A stretch of 63,867 nucleotides of DNA, counting the filler, from Asterionella formosa (lineage: Eukaryota), in NCBI GenBank assembly GCA_002256025.1. It is 5 parts of 5 records of this genome, joined end to end, with 100 filler letters (N's around TTAATTAATTAA, not from the genome) between each part and the next. Parts side by side here need not be neighbours in the genome. Positions count along the whole stretch, not along the records: positions 1 to 29,163 come from NKIB01001063.1; positions 29,264 to 58,378 come from NKIB01001077.1; 3 more parts are not named here. One strand, 5' to 3'. The notes beneath the pieces were generated by a model, which saw only the letters and a list, made by a program, of their open reading frames with translations, ran no database searches and was not told the origin of the DNA. Shown here piece by piece: positions 19,618 to 31,525 of the stretch. The first letter of the stretch is position 1. Every line of letters begins with the position of its first letter. A program made the position numbers and the translations under genes.

Positions 19618-22176
19618 GTTAATATATTCGGTCTTGTTGTTGGAACTGGTGAATCACCTTCTCGTTTGAACCAAAGGATCAATGTCTTCAGCTCAGCACA
19701 GTTATAATTGTTGACAACCTTTCCAGTTCCTCTCAATTGTTGAACCTTGGCTTCCATTGCAACGAATCTTTCATTCGCTTTTCCTCCTTTTGGTTCCGAA
19801 CAATTTGCTGTCTCTGATGAGTCTCCCGCATGTGTGCAAGTAAAGTTGGACCCAGACTTGTATTCCCAACAACCAAGTGCAGCCCTACAATCATCCTTTT
19901 GTGCTGGTAAATTGTGGCTTGTACTGTTTCCCTCCTTTTCCTTGCATTCTCATATGCATTTGTTCCATTTCTTGCATCTTCTCTCGTGATAAACTCCACA
20001 ATTTGGGTTGTCAATGTTCCGGAAACTCCTTCTGTCAGATTGAGCTCAGCAGGCGTCATGGTGCTATGGTGAGCTTCGTTTCTTTATATGCCTCCTCCAT
20101 TTTGGGTCATCTGTATTTCTGGATGAAGCAGTGCATTATAATTAAGTGGTCCGCATCCCCAATCCAAAATTGCTTTTTGATTTGTTAGCTCTCTTGCAAA
20201 ACTCTGGTCCCATGCATGCGAAACAATTCCAACAACAGCTGTCTTTTCAATTGCATACTAAGGCAAATTGTAAAGAGTCTTCTTGGTAAGTAGATCCCTC
20301 TTTGCATGTGTCAAATACATTTTGAAGCATCCGTTTTGTTCGGTACGGTCTCCGACCTGCCAGTAACTTATTCCATAGGGGAGACCAATGCAAAAATTCC
20401 AAGCATTCCAAGGGTTGATTGGGGAATGGATATACTCCAAGAATGTAAGTTCGAAGCGACTCCCATGGCCATCAAGAATGAGAAAAGGATAAACACCATC
20501 ACTCCGGTCGAACACACCAGATAAGTCCATTTGTTGGAGCATTGCAACTAATAGTTCCGCCGTGATTGAGCCAGATTCGGAGCAGCAGCAAATAGTTGGC
20601 AAGGTGATTCCATTCAGCATACACACTGGTCCCTGGGGATAGTGTTTACCAGTTCCAGAATTCGAAATCAGGTCATTTGCTCTCCATTCCATTCATCAAA
20701 GGGTTTAAGGCCCTGCACCCACCCTGGTTCCAATTGTTTTGCTGCAAAAATTATCGCACACATCACAGGTTTGCCATCAGATGTTGTAAATCCTAAAACA
20801 GTGAAATGAGCATCCTTCTGGGCACTTCGTGTTTGCAGCCTTAACTCTGACCCCACAGTAAGCAACGTCTCCCCTCTGATTTGACCATCCTTTGCTTGAG
20901 ATGTATTGCTACCAACTTCTTCAACAAACAGTAACTTCCCTGGATGCTTCAACATGTATTTGGTCTTCATTCCAAATGACTCCTCTTCAGTGGCGACTAT
21001 GTGACCTTCTTTATTGAGCCACACCTCCTCATCTAACTCTTCTGCAATTCCTCCCTTTACCATTTCCTTGTATGTCTCGATATACATCAGTTCGAAGTTT
21101 GGATATGTACACCAGTTGGCCCGCTTATAATCGAATTTCACTCCCTTCTTTGCCTTGACTTTGTGACCATTCCTTTTCATGAAACAACTCCAGTAACCCA
21201 TTTCCAGTCCCTTTGCGTCTTCCACTCCATCATCTTGGTCTCTGAATGAAATTCAATATCTCTTTCACCATTGTTCAACTGATTTCAAAACGGACTTCCC
21301 AGAAATAAGTGAGTTTGCAAGTTGAAGTCCCTTACAACATGTGATTGGTGACCTGATTTTCGACAGCTGAACAATTAGCTCTTCAATATATGGTTCGACT
21401 TCCAACATTGGTGAGGTGACTGCTTCTTTCAGCCCTCTGGGGTTGAATCTTTTCGCCCTTGTTCTAACTTTTTCTTTCTTAACATCAACAGCAGGAGGAA
21501 TACCAAGCGCCTCCTTCCACCTCTCAATTATGCAGATCAGTGTGTTTTTGCCTGCTCGTTTGTATTTCTTTCTTTCTTCCTCTCTCACACTTATAGATTC
21601 TTCTGCTGAAATCACAATGCATTGCTTGGTCAATTTCGCCATGTCAGTGCGAAGGGCAGCTGTAGTTCCCTTTGGACGACCTCCAAATGAATTTGTGCTA
21701 CTAGTAGTGACAATTGTAGAGGGAGCTGTAGTTAAGTCGTCCATAGTAGAACTATTTTCTTCGTATTTTTCCAACACTACACCAGATAGAGAGTCTTCAT
21801 CAATGTATGAGAAACTCTCAAATTTATTAGACAGCTTTACATTTATTTCATCCATTGACATATCAGATATTGCACTTGTTTGTGATTCATTATGCTGGTG
21901 GCTGTTGGGATTAGGTGAAGAAACAACATCTGGCCTTGGAACCGCATTTTTGTTGATCTTGGTGAGGTAGTACTTGACTTTAACAACCGTCAACCATGGT
22001 AGTATACCCTTCATTTCATTGACTGCTTTGGTGAGTGCACCATATAGAAGTTTACCTCTGTTGATGGCTTTCAACAATTCCATTTCAGTTATAGTAGCAA
22101 TGCCAAGTAAACATCTATCTATCATCTCATTAATGAGATCAGGCTTGCGCCTGGTGACTTTTCTTGTCTTCGGCAT
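19618..22176 (-). pseudogene. pogo/Tc1-mariner (DDE_1-type) transposase pseudogene
   Basis: Fragments in several frames: GGRPKGTT, LFVEEVGSNTSQAKDG (first catalytic D apparently replaced by E), HFTVLGFT..GKPVMCAIIF, FLILDGHGSRF, CIGLPYGISYWQVGD..QNGCFK; broken by stops and frameshifts. Confidence 0.8.
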
Positions 22177-25118
22177 GATGCTCAAGATTGTGAGTGGTAA
22201 TGTAAGCAAAGCGTAAAATACATCAAACATACCCATCAGGGTAATTTTGCTTTTCTGGTACATCTACAATGCCGATTACTGGTACAGCCGCCAGAAAAAA
22301 AACGCTAGTCAAATATGATCACCCAAATTAATTATTTGGGTGGCCCAATATGACGAATTTAGTTACGTACATAATTTATGGGTATGACATCACATAAAAA
22401 ATATGATGCATCATACAATATATATGAACGGAGTGAACTAAAATAGTTTCGACAACTTCCATAATTATTTTAGAAACCCACTTAATTTTTGGGGCCAACT
22501 GACAATATTTTCTGGCGACACGAAGAAAAATTTGTTCAGTAATAATCTCTATAATGCACTACTTTTCTCGACAATTCGCAACATTTCCGTTCACAAATAT
22601 TCTTCACTCTAACTACCATTTATTCTGTTTGTTCGCTCCCATTTTATCTTTACTTTGATCACATTAATATCTCAAGGTGAAACAAATATATATGCTAGTC
22701 AAAAAAATAATTATGTGTAACCAATTCATTTTTTCAATTTCATTCTACAATCACAAAATCAATCAAATTAATCGCTTCGCTATATAGTTTATATTGATAC
22801 TTTCTATAGAACGTGATTCTCAAACCAATACGACAAGCAATGGATGTTCATTCTTGCAGCTGGATGCTGTAACTAATCGCAAGATTGCTTGGCTACTCAT
22901 AGTACTTGCAGGAATCCCTGTTATTACTACTACCGGTAGATCAATTCATAGCAAATGAGCCGGCTGCTCATTATCATTGCTCGGATTGATTGTCTGTTGT
23001 AGAAAGAGGGAAACATTTGCAGAGTGAGTTGATGAGAAAAACAAAAGTTGCGAATCCATGATTTCGGTTCTGCTGTGCTCCTTACCATGTTCCCAATGGC
23101 CAACCCAGCCCTCGTCAAATTGATTGTCTGCGATCAGTGAACAACAATCGCAGAGTGAGTTCATGAACAAACAATCATTACAAAGGCATCATTTTCGTTA
23201 TGCTTACCATGCCGCCTGATTCCCAACAAATCTCTCGCTCAACAGATTGATTGTCTGTAGACAAAGAACAGTGTTTCCAGAGTATTTTCGTGATCAACAA
23301 GCAAGTAACAAACACATAATCAAGCCCTTTTTCAAAATCATTACAAATAGCAATTCATGCGCTCTCAATTCCAAACAAAGACGAAGGAGAATAGGAGAGG
23401 AGATCTGCCCACAACAAGCAACAGCAAACAATATCAGCAGAAGGCAAGAAAACATTGCACTTGCTTACCATGTATATAATATTCCCCTTTGCACCAGAGG
23501 AATCGTTTCGACAATGCGAAAAACAAATGATTGATAGCCTGTCTGACACAGAGCATGACACATTTCATTCTTCCCAAGGTTCAACCCTGCCCTGCCAAAA
23601 ACAGTTTGAATGTCTGGAGGAAAGCAAAGAACAAGGTTCGCAGAGTAAGTTCATGACTGACCACTGTTCCAATTCCAAACAGAACAAGCAAGAGGAAGAA
23701 CGAAATGGAGGTAGCGGAACTACAACAACAATCAAACATAGTTCCGAACACAAGTCGAAGAACACGATGGTGTAGAGCAACAAGAGGAAGAACAGCAACA
23801 ATGTAACACAGGACCTGTCTCCATTTTCCAAAAATATTAACTGCTTACCATATATTTCTCGAATTTTCAGATGCAATCTTTCTGTATTACTGACAAGGAA
23901 TAACAAAACCATTGCCTGTCTGTTTCTTCCAGAACCGGCCCGCAACAGAGTCCTCGTCGCTTTTCTGGAAGCGAAGAACATATTCACAGAGTAAGATCAG
24001 GGCTGGTTAAACTCACACAAGACCTTTTTCCATTTCAAAACAAACAATGCATGTTCAGTTCAAACGGAGGGCAAAGAACACGCAAGAGAAGGGTATACAG
24101 CCACAGTAACCACAATGCACCACCAGCCAGCTCCTTGTTTCCAACAATAAGATCCAAAGGGATAACAGCAGAAGCAATAGCAACAACGTCAACGACAACA
24201 ATAACAACAACCACAACGCATAATGAATTTTAACACGAAAGTGATATTTTGTCCCTTTACTGCGTTCTAGTCAGCAGCTACTTTCCAGCTTTCCATTAAA
24301 ATAAACCTGGCGCGGACGGGTTTTCCTCCTACACCTTCGCTTTGTACTAGCCATGTGTACATTCTACTTAACAAAAAGCTGGCGCGCAGTCTATGCTTTG
24401 TCAGTATACTTTTTGGCGAGCAATGCAGACCTCACGAAATTCTGACGAACATGGTGAATCGTCAGGATTTTCTATGTTGTGATTTGCAATTGATGAGTAA
24501 TGCTATATGGCACTGAAAAGGATGTCTGAATTATCTCAACTATTTTTCCCACCTTTTCAGAGCGTCTACAAGGAAAACTACCCCTACAATAATGACTCTA
24601 ACAAGGAAAATATCTAGCTGTAGCAGATCTCCTATCGAATATGCGAATTTTGTTACATAGAAGTAGTCAGTAGAAAATAAGAGCTCCAACAAAAGCTACT
24701 ATTTTCTTTTCGGAAAGGCTATACTTTGTCTACAATGATAATATTATCAAATAAAATTCGGTTAACAAAGAAAAGGATCAGAAACTTTGGTAGATATTTT
24801 TTATTTACCAGTACCTGTAGTTCTATAGGAAAAGTAGTCACATACCTGTACATTATTAGTGTTCATCGAATCTCGTTGTAGTCAGTCGAAAATGAGAGGT
24901 AGCTATTTCCTAGATACTTCAAATAGTCAACAGTGATAACTCTAGCAAGTGGCTGGCATTAGGGAAAGTAGCAATGGCTGTATAGCGGTGTTATATCGAA
25001 TTGAATGAGATAATCTATTTTGTGCTTTTACAAATGATGGATCAAATATCTATATTGTTTTCTCATTCCATAAAACAAATACCGGTACATAATCACTTTT
25101 TAATCGTTTTTTATTACC

Positions 25119-26589
25119 GTGAACGACAACGATTGCTGTTTGATATGTGGTAAGGGTCCATTTGTTTTCCTTTACCGTCATTACGCACATAGCCCCGAAT
25201 GCGAAACAGCTGCTGAGCTGTTTTGTAAACCAGCAACTGGTCCAGACGACGGTCAGGAAGAATATGATGGATTTCATCAATCTCCACCATCACCAGCTGA
25301 TGACTTTTCGTCGTCATTAAAGAAAAGAGCCAAAATTTGTCATGTTCAAACGCTACACTTTGGCGATGAAACAGGCCGTATTGAATGATGGAAAACTGAT
25401 TGATGTTGTATGTTTTGATTTCATGGCTCAGGTTAAGAATCTCTTGACAAATGAGACACTAATGTCACCAGCACAGAATGTGTCATTTGATTTCGACAAT
25501 CCGTGTAAAGCAACACAACCCACCAGTATCAGATCCGAATTTCACACTGGCAGCTGGTGGATTAATGCCCCTGAATACTCATGTACTCAGCCAAATGACT
25601 TCGTTGTTCAATTCATGTTCTTTATTGACAAGACACACACGGTCGAAAAAGAAAAGTACACAATGGAGCCTGTCCTAATGTCACTTGGTACATTTTCCAC
25701 CAATGTAAGAAATAAGGTCAACGCATGGCGGCCAATTGGATTTATCCCAAAGCTGACCTCATCAAATCTATCTGAAATCCAGTCCCTAACCCCTGATCAA
25801 AAGGAATCCGATTATCACGCTGTCCTTGGTGTGATTCTTGAGGGGGTCAAGAATGTCCAACAAGCTGGTGGATTCAAACACATTTTCAATTTCGGAGGCA
25901 ATCAATTTATACTTAATGTGAAAGTTCCGGTCGGTCTAATTCTTGGTGATGCTGAAGGCTTAGATGGACAATACGGGCGAAAGAAAACATATCTGAAGAC
26001 TCCCAGAATGAGTCGTGAATGTGATTGTCCATTTGATGAAACAGACAATCCATATCATGAATGCAGTCCTGTAGGTCAGATTGATTACGAGGAACTAATA
26101 ATCCGGGGCATAAAAGATTTATTGGATAATGTGAGCCAAAGATTCATCTATCCCTTTTGGTATCAGTTGTGTTTTGGTGGCGATCCTCTTGGTGTTAATG
26201 GGCACGTTCCTCCTGAAAAACTCCATTTCATTCAAGAAGGAATAATCGATCACCTCACGGAGCTAGTATATTCTTATATGATCGGGCGCCCCAAAGCAGT
26301 GAAGGGTAATTCCAATCTAAAACTGTTTGACCAGTTGTTCAACAAAATATCTAAACTCTTCCTTCACCAGAGTGACCGAGACCTTCCTTGTTGTTCCTTC
26401 AATTTCGGCTTCCATGGTTGCAAAACGAAAATAACTGCTAACGAGAGAATCGGAGTGATGCTTATTGCCTGTGTTGTCAAGGCATGTGATGCTGGAATCA
26501 AAATCTGCCCAGAAGAAAGTGGTACGACCAATCAAGAAATTCGAAACTTTCAAGGTCTATTCGAAGGGATGCTCTGCTACAATGCCTAG
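25119..26589 (+). pseudogene. Plavaka-like transposase, truncated
   Basis: FDFMAQVKNLL, EFHTGSWW, FFIDKTH, EPVLMSL, AWRPIGFIP, YHAVLGVIL, ILGDAEGLD..GR, RECDCP. An N-terminal CxxC..H..C segment sits in another frame (25119-25388). Premature TAG at 26587 and C-terminal part missing. Confidence 0.7.
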
Positions 26590-26639
26590 TTTAGTAAAGA
26601 GAGCTAGGAAGAGACAAGCATAGGACCCGAAATATTGAT

Positions 26640-28173
26640 CAATGGGTCAAACTTGAACTTTTTTCAAAAGTCAAGTTTATCACACCAGGTGATATTGACC
26701 TTGTTGATGAAAGGGGACCAACTAGTCTGGCACTCTCATTTCGTGTTCACTTCCCAAGCCTATTCATGGGAACTGATAAGGACTTCGAGTCAATTTGGCA
26801 GAAATATAAGAATGATATTAATAAAGTGATGTCTGAAAAAAGAAATGCCGTTGTTATCACTCTCAACTAGTAAGTAAACAACTTGTCTTGGTATGCCTGA
26901 TTTCTTCTTGACTTGTTAAACATACTCATTGTTCACTACCAACAAATCATTCCATTCCGATCTACAAAACTTCAGGACTTTTTCGTGGTGGTATGCACAT
27001 TCATCTGAATAAGCATACCATCTCCACAGCCGTTCTGTTTCTATTCAGGAGACAGCTGATGGAGAAAGAGCCAAGAATCATCCTTTCTTCCTTCTAGTTG
27101 AGTACTTTTATTCTAGGGTCGGGTGAAAGCTGTCTTGGAAACGACAGTGTGCTAAGAAGCATGTCAGTGACATTGTAAGCGTTTCTGACGAGGTTTTTTC
27201 CTTGTTGGTCTTGGAGAATTGTTGGGATGTCTGGTTGTATAAGGCAATGATGAAAGGTCATGAAGACGATACTCCTGCAACAAAATACGTTTATACCGGT
27301 GCTGGAGGACAGGGAAAGAGATATGGAGGCTGGGACGCAAAGGGATATGCCAAGTTCAACACCCTGTATGACAAAGTTGTTCATCAAAGGACAACTGCCA
27401 TGAGCAGGCAGTTGCAGATCAGCTTTAAGTCCAATCATCTTGTTTTGGCTGGAGTTCCACAAGGTCAGTCACTTCGGGGAATGGAACAAAGTGGAATTGT
27501 TGAACTGATATTCATGGAAAATATTGACGAACTGATGGACAACTTCATTGAAGCTACGCCAGGGAACAACATTGTGCCTGCCATTAGAGTTCGTAATGAT
27601 CTAGTGGCCATTTCTCTTCCAGTAAGCACAACTCCGGCATCTTCCATAAGTGGATTGACTCCACAAGTTATTTCAGGAAGAACTTCAATGATAACAACTG
27701 CTGGTAGTACTAAGAGTGCAAAGAGTTTGAACGTGATTATTCACTTTCCCCCAGACAAAGTCAAGGGTGCCACAGATTGGTGCTTCCAAGAGATGAAGAA
27801 AAAGATGTATGTGGAGCTTCGGATGAAGAAAAAGAGTGAAATTTATAAGGCTTGTATTGATCAGAACATTGCACCCCCAGACCTTTTTGGAGATGAAATT
27901 AAAGAAGGGATGATGAATGATGAGAGCTACATTAAAAAAATTCGAGGAGGTTGCAGCAAAGGTCGAGGCAGAGGAAATACAAAGTGGCTAAGAAGAAGAT
28001 CTACGCAAAGTTGCACATGGACTTTTACAGCTACTACGTGTGCTGAATTCTACAGTGTGAATCTTCCTCTTGCATGTGTTATTCTTTGCCAGTTCAGATC
28101 AAAGAAATATGTCGGAGCGGAAAAAATAATAAGTGAATCGGAATTGGAAACTCTTTCGTTCATTATATGGTGA
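26640..28173 (+). pseudogene. Transposon accessory gene of an unnamed family (degenerate, spliced)
   Basis: WVKLELFSKVKFI, KVMSEKRNAV, GTAAGT donor near 26870, IVSVSDEVFSLLVLENCW, KY..GKRYGGWDAKGYAKFNTLYDKV. Confidence 0.5.
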
Positions 28174-28494
28174 AAGCAGCATAATATTGCGGCGGAGCAG
28201 CATAATTTCGCTTTTATACTGTCGCGAGGGCTAGTTGGACAACATATATTGTCATGAACACACATAATTATTGGTGTGATCACATAATTATTCGATAAGT
28301 GAAATAAATTTTTGTTCAACCCGAATAAATTACGGGAAAAGTAACGTAATATTTTAGAAAAGTAGCATAATATTTTAGAAAAGTACCAAAAGTTTTTAGA
28401 AAAGTAGCATAAAGACGTCACTTTAGACATAAATTCGAAAAAGTGCCGTAAACGGCATCTTAGATGTATCTATTCTGCCTCATGCATATATTTA

Positions 28495-29163
28495 CGTCTG
28501 TAAATAAAAAGTATCATGCATATATGATCAAGGGTATCGTACGCTAAGTGGCACAGGATTTTCATATATATGATAATTTTTGGATCAAAACTATGATCAA
28601 GGTATCCTGTAACTATGATGATTTATTAATATTTTACCGAACTTGAAGTATGATGATACCATTGCATCATATAATTAGTTAAACATGGGCCTATGATGTG
28701 TATAATTTTGTCATACATCAATCTGAACATGATCGTAATTCTCATCGATATCACTGTCTAAAATAGGATCAAATGGATCGAAATTTAGAACTATATTTAA
28801 GAATGGTTCTATGTTTCTATATCTTGAGTGGCTATGGAATGTTCTACAATGATCTCATCGCAATGATTGTTGGTGCCGCTTTCACTTCCACCTTCCACCC
28901 AATCCAATTCTGAATGTTGTTGTAATGGTTGCCTTGCCCTTGTTCCCCTGCCTTCCTTTTACTCCTGACGGATCTGAGTTTGCATTCACGCATTTTCCCA
29001 TTACTATTTAATCCGTTTCGTTGTCCCAATCATACTAACAAAGAGAAGCAATTCATTGTTAGCTGTTCATGTTTTGCTCACACAACAACATGCATTTCGC
29101 TTCTATCTTCACTTACCACAAATTGAGGAAGTAACTGATGCATATTTCTGTAAAATAATGTGT
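28495..29163. repeat. Dispersed repeat 'X', copy 1 (cut by contig end)
   Basis: Colinear and highly similar to ~56511-57195 (e.g. AAGGGTATCGTAC..AAGTGGCACAGGATTTT; CTTCACTTACCACAAATTGAGGAAGTAACTGATGCAT). Confidence 0.9.
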
Positions 29164-29263
29164 NNNNNNNNNNNNNNNNNNNNNNNNNNNNNNNNNNNNN
29201 NNNNNNNTTAATTAATTAANNNNNNNNNNNNNNNNNNNNNNNNNNNNNNNNNNNNNNNNNNNN
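29164..29263. other. Artificial contig spacer N44-TTAATTAATTAA-N44
   Basis: The identical 100-bp spacer with a six-frame stop linker occurs four times. Confidence 0.97.
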
Positions 29264-29474
29264 GCAGAGTATCTACGATGCCAGTATACTGCGAGCCTGC
29301 AAAAGTATTTTTTAGGCCTGCAGTTATATACCAGTATACTGCAGCCAATGGCTGAACAGTATGGTTTTTCGAAACCACCGAAACAGTATACTGGTATACT
29401 GATCCAGCAAATCCCGGGGAGTTCTTATTCAATACTGCAGTATACTGCCAACCCAGTAAGTAATCACCGACCTA
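29264..29474. repeat. CAGTATACTG palindrome cluster, probable DNA-transposon subterminal region
   Basis: Several CAGTATACTG copies and variants within ~200 bp at a contig start, ending at ...CACCGACCTA. Confidence 0.5.
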
Positions 29475-30276
29475 TGGTGTGCACCGCTTGAGCTTTCTAT
29501 GTACAGGGTACATACCTACCGGTACCGCTATAGCACCCTAGCTTGTTGTTCATGCATTTCGAGTCGCACCCAATTTGTAACAAAGGTCGTACATACGCAC
29601 CCGTATGAGACACGACAGCCGGCAAACAAAATAGACCATGGTACCAGTACCAATGATACAAAGAATTTTCTGTACAGACAATTCAAGTACCGGTATCTGG
29701 TACTGCTCCCTCCGAATCATTAATTAATTAATAACGCAAGACATTCACATGAAATTTCACAACGAAGAAAACTGATATCGCTGGTTCCCACAACACAGCA
29801 AAAGGGCAGGCACTTAAAAAAAATAAGTGTGAATGTACATGTTGTACATGATACATATGTAATACAAACAGTTCACATGTATGTAGTGCGATATATAAAA
29901 TAGATTTTTAAGTCTCAGAACCAGCGAACAAGAAAGAAAGTTTAGTCGTCTACAGTAAAAGCGATAAGTTTACGACCTCGCACTTCCGTCAAAGAAAAAA
30001 ACAGAGTTTCAATAGCAACGCACAAGAACTGTAAAATGATTTGAAGGATTTAATCGTCTACCGGTGTGTACCCGGTTTACTAGGTTAACGTTGGATACGT
30101 ATGTGCACTTTGTGCTAAACTGTTTCATGACTGCATGTGATGGTTTCTTTGCACCAAGTTGCTGTCATTTCCAGCCAAGGAACTGATCATATTCTTAAAT
30201 TAAATTAATAATCACCCCATTAGCGCCAAATTAAGTATTGCTTTTCCTTGAACTTGCTATTAGTGCTCCGTACAAA

Positions 30277-31525
30277 TCAAGCACTTCGATCGAGATTGAT
30301 CCCTTCCGTTCCGGTGACCTGAACCAACCTGAGCTTCCAAGCTCCTCCTTGTTGCAAGGCATAGTTGGGAATGGCCAAAGGATAATAAGTCCACCCCGAT
30401 AGCAACTGTTTCCCCTCCAGTGACGGCGGTGTGACGGCTCTAGATTGCTCGGCCGACATCCTTGCCAAACTGGTCTCGTGTTGCAAAAGTTGGTGATTTG
30501 AAGCCGTGAGCACTCCAAGTTGATCGTTTTGAGCAACAGAGTTGCTGGATGAATTCATGGCATGTTCTAGATCAAATCCTGGGCCCAGCTGGCCTCGAAC
30601 AATGCCTTCCATGTAGTCCTTGTTTACCCAGTCCTGCGAGGATCGTGCAGTTACCTCGTGAACGGCCTTCATTTTCTGCACCAGGACCTTGTTTCCATCT
30701 TTGTTACCGTTTCGTTTACGATGGCCCATCATGGCAAGGATGGATGAGGCACAAGTTTCATCTGTATTCCCAATCACTTCGTTGCGCTCGCTCGCCTGCG
30801 AAGCTGAGTCACTCTCGCTATCGGAAGAACGTTGGCTGCCTTCGGTCTTGAGTTGCTCCATTTCATGAGAACAGATCTCTCCGAGTTTCATGAGCGCCGA
30901 TGCGAACTCCAAGTTAGATTCTTTCGTGGTTCCGGCATTCTTCAAAGGCTTGGCCTTCTTGACAGCAGGCCCGTCATGGGAACATGTCGGTTTCTTGGCG
31001 ATTGCCACGTTGGCGCTGGAGACACTATGGACGCTGCTTCGCTCCTTGGCCTCATCCTTGAGGGCCTTCTGCCGTAATCTCATTTCATGCTGTTTTTTGT
31101 CTCCTGAGAGTTCGTGGGTAGAACGAGAGAAAGATGAGAAGACAAGAAGGTACTAAGGCGTTGATACTCGAATACAATACGATAGACGGGAGTGATGGCA
31201 GTCGTATATCTGATCATCGCGCCGACAATGACATTCCCATCGAAATGCTCCACTCACTCAATGCATGTCCAACCTTCTGCGTAGCTTCCGTATCAGAGAC
31301 TTCCTTCCAACCGATCCCATCTCGCTTTAGAAAGCGACCTTCGTACGACTTTACAATATTGAAAACATTATACACAATGCAGGACTTGTCGCGTCGGCAA
31401 GGCGCATGTTCATATTCTTCGGAGTGATTGCTGATAACCAGACGGAATCGGGCATTTCCCACATGATTAAAGCAGGTCTTATCGCGTCCGAACAGGACGT
31501 CCTTGACATTGATATCCAGGATCAT
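30277..31525 (-). CDS. DUF6824-domain protein; exons 31525-31258 and 31103-30277
   Basis: DVLFGR..NHVGNARFR..Y..RRDK..IV..GRFLK..W.EV..A..KVGHAL; splicing the GTGAGT..CTCTCAG intron (31257-31104) restores KVGHALRD in frame with the 268-aa ORF. Confidence 0.85.

Larger units (their letters stand above)
22261..28466 (+). mobile_element. Plavaka-type (CMC/CACTA-related) DNA transposon, ~6.2 kb, non-autonomous
   Basis: Left end TA|CATCTACAATGCCGATTACTGG; right end (reverse complement) TA|CATCTAAGATGCCGTTTACGG; ~21-bp periodic subterminal repeats; internal transposase; the same left end recurs at 58082. Confidence 0.7.

Noticed and set aside
22177..22263. N-terminal extension of the pogo ORF from ATG 22263
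   Set aside because: That ATG is the CAT at the terminus of the neighbouring element; 22176 is the more plausible start
29208..29219. Recurrent TTAATTAATTAA palindrome as a biological site
   Set aside because: Always centred in identical N runs; it is a six-frame stop linker
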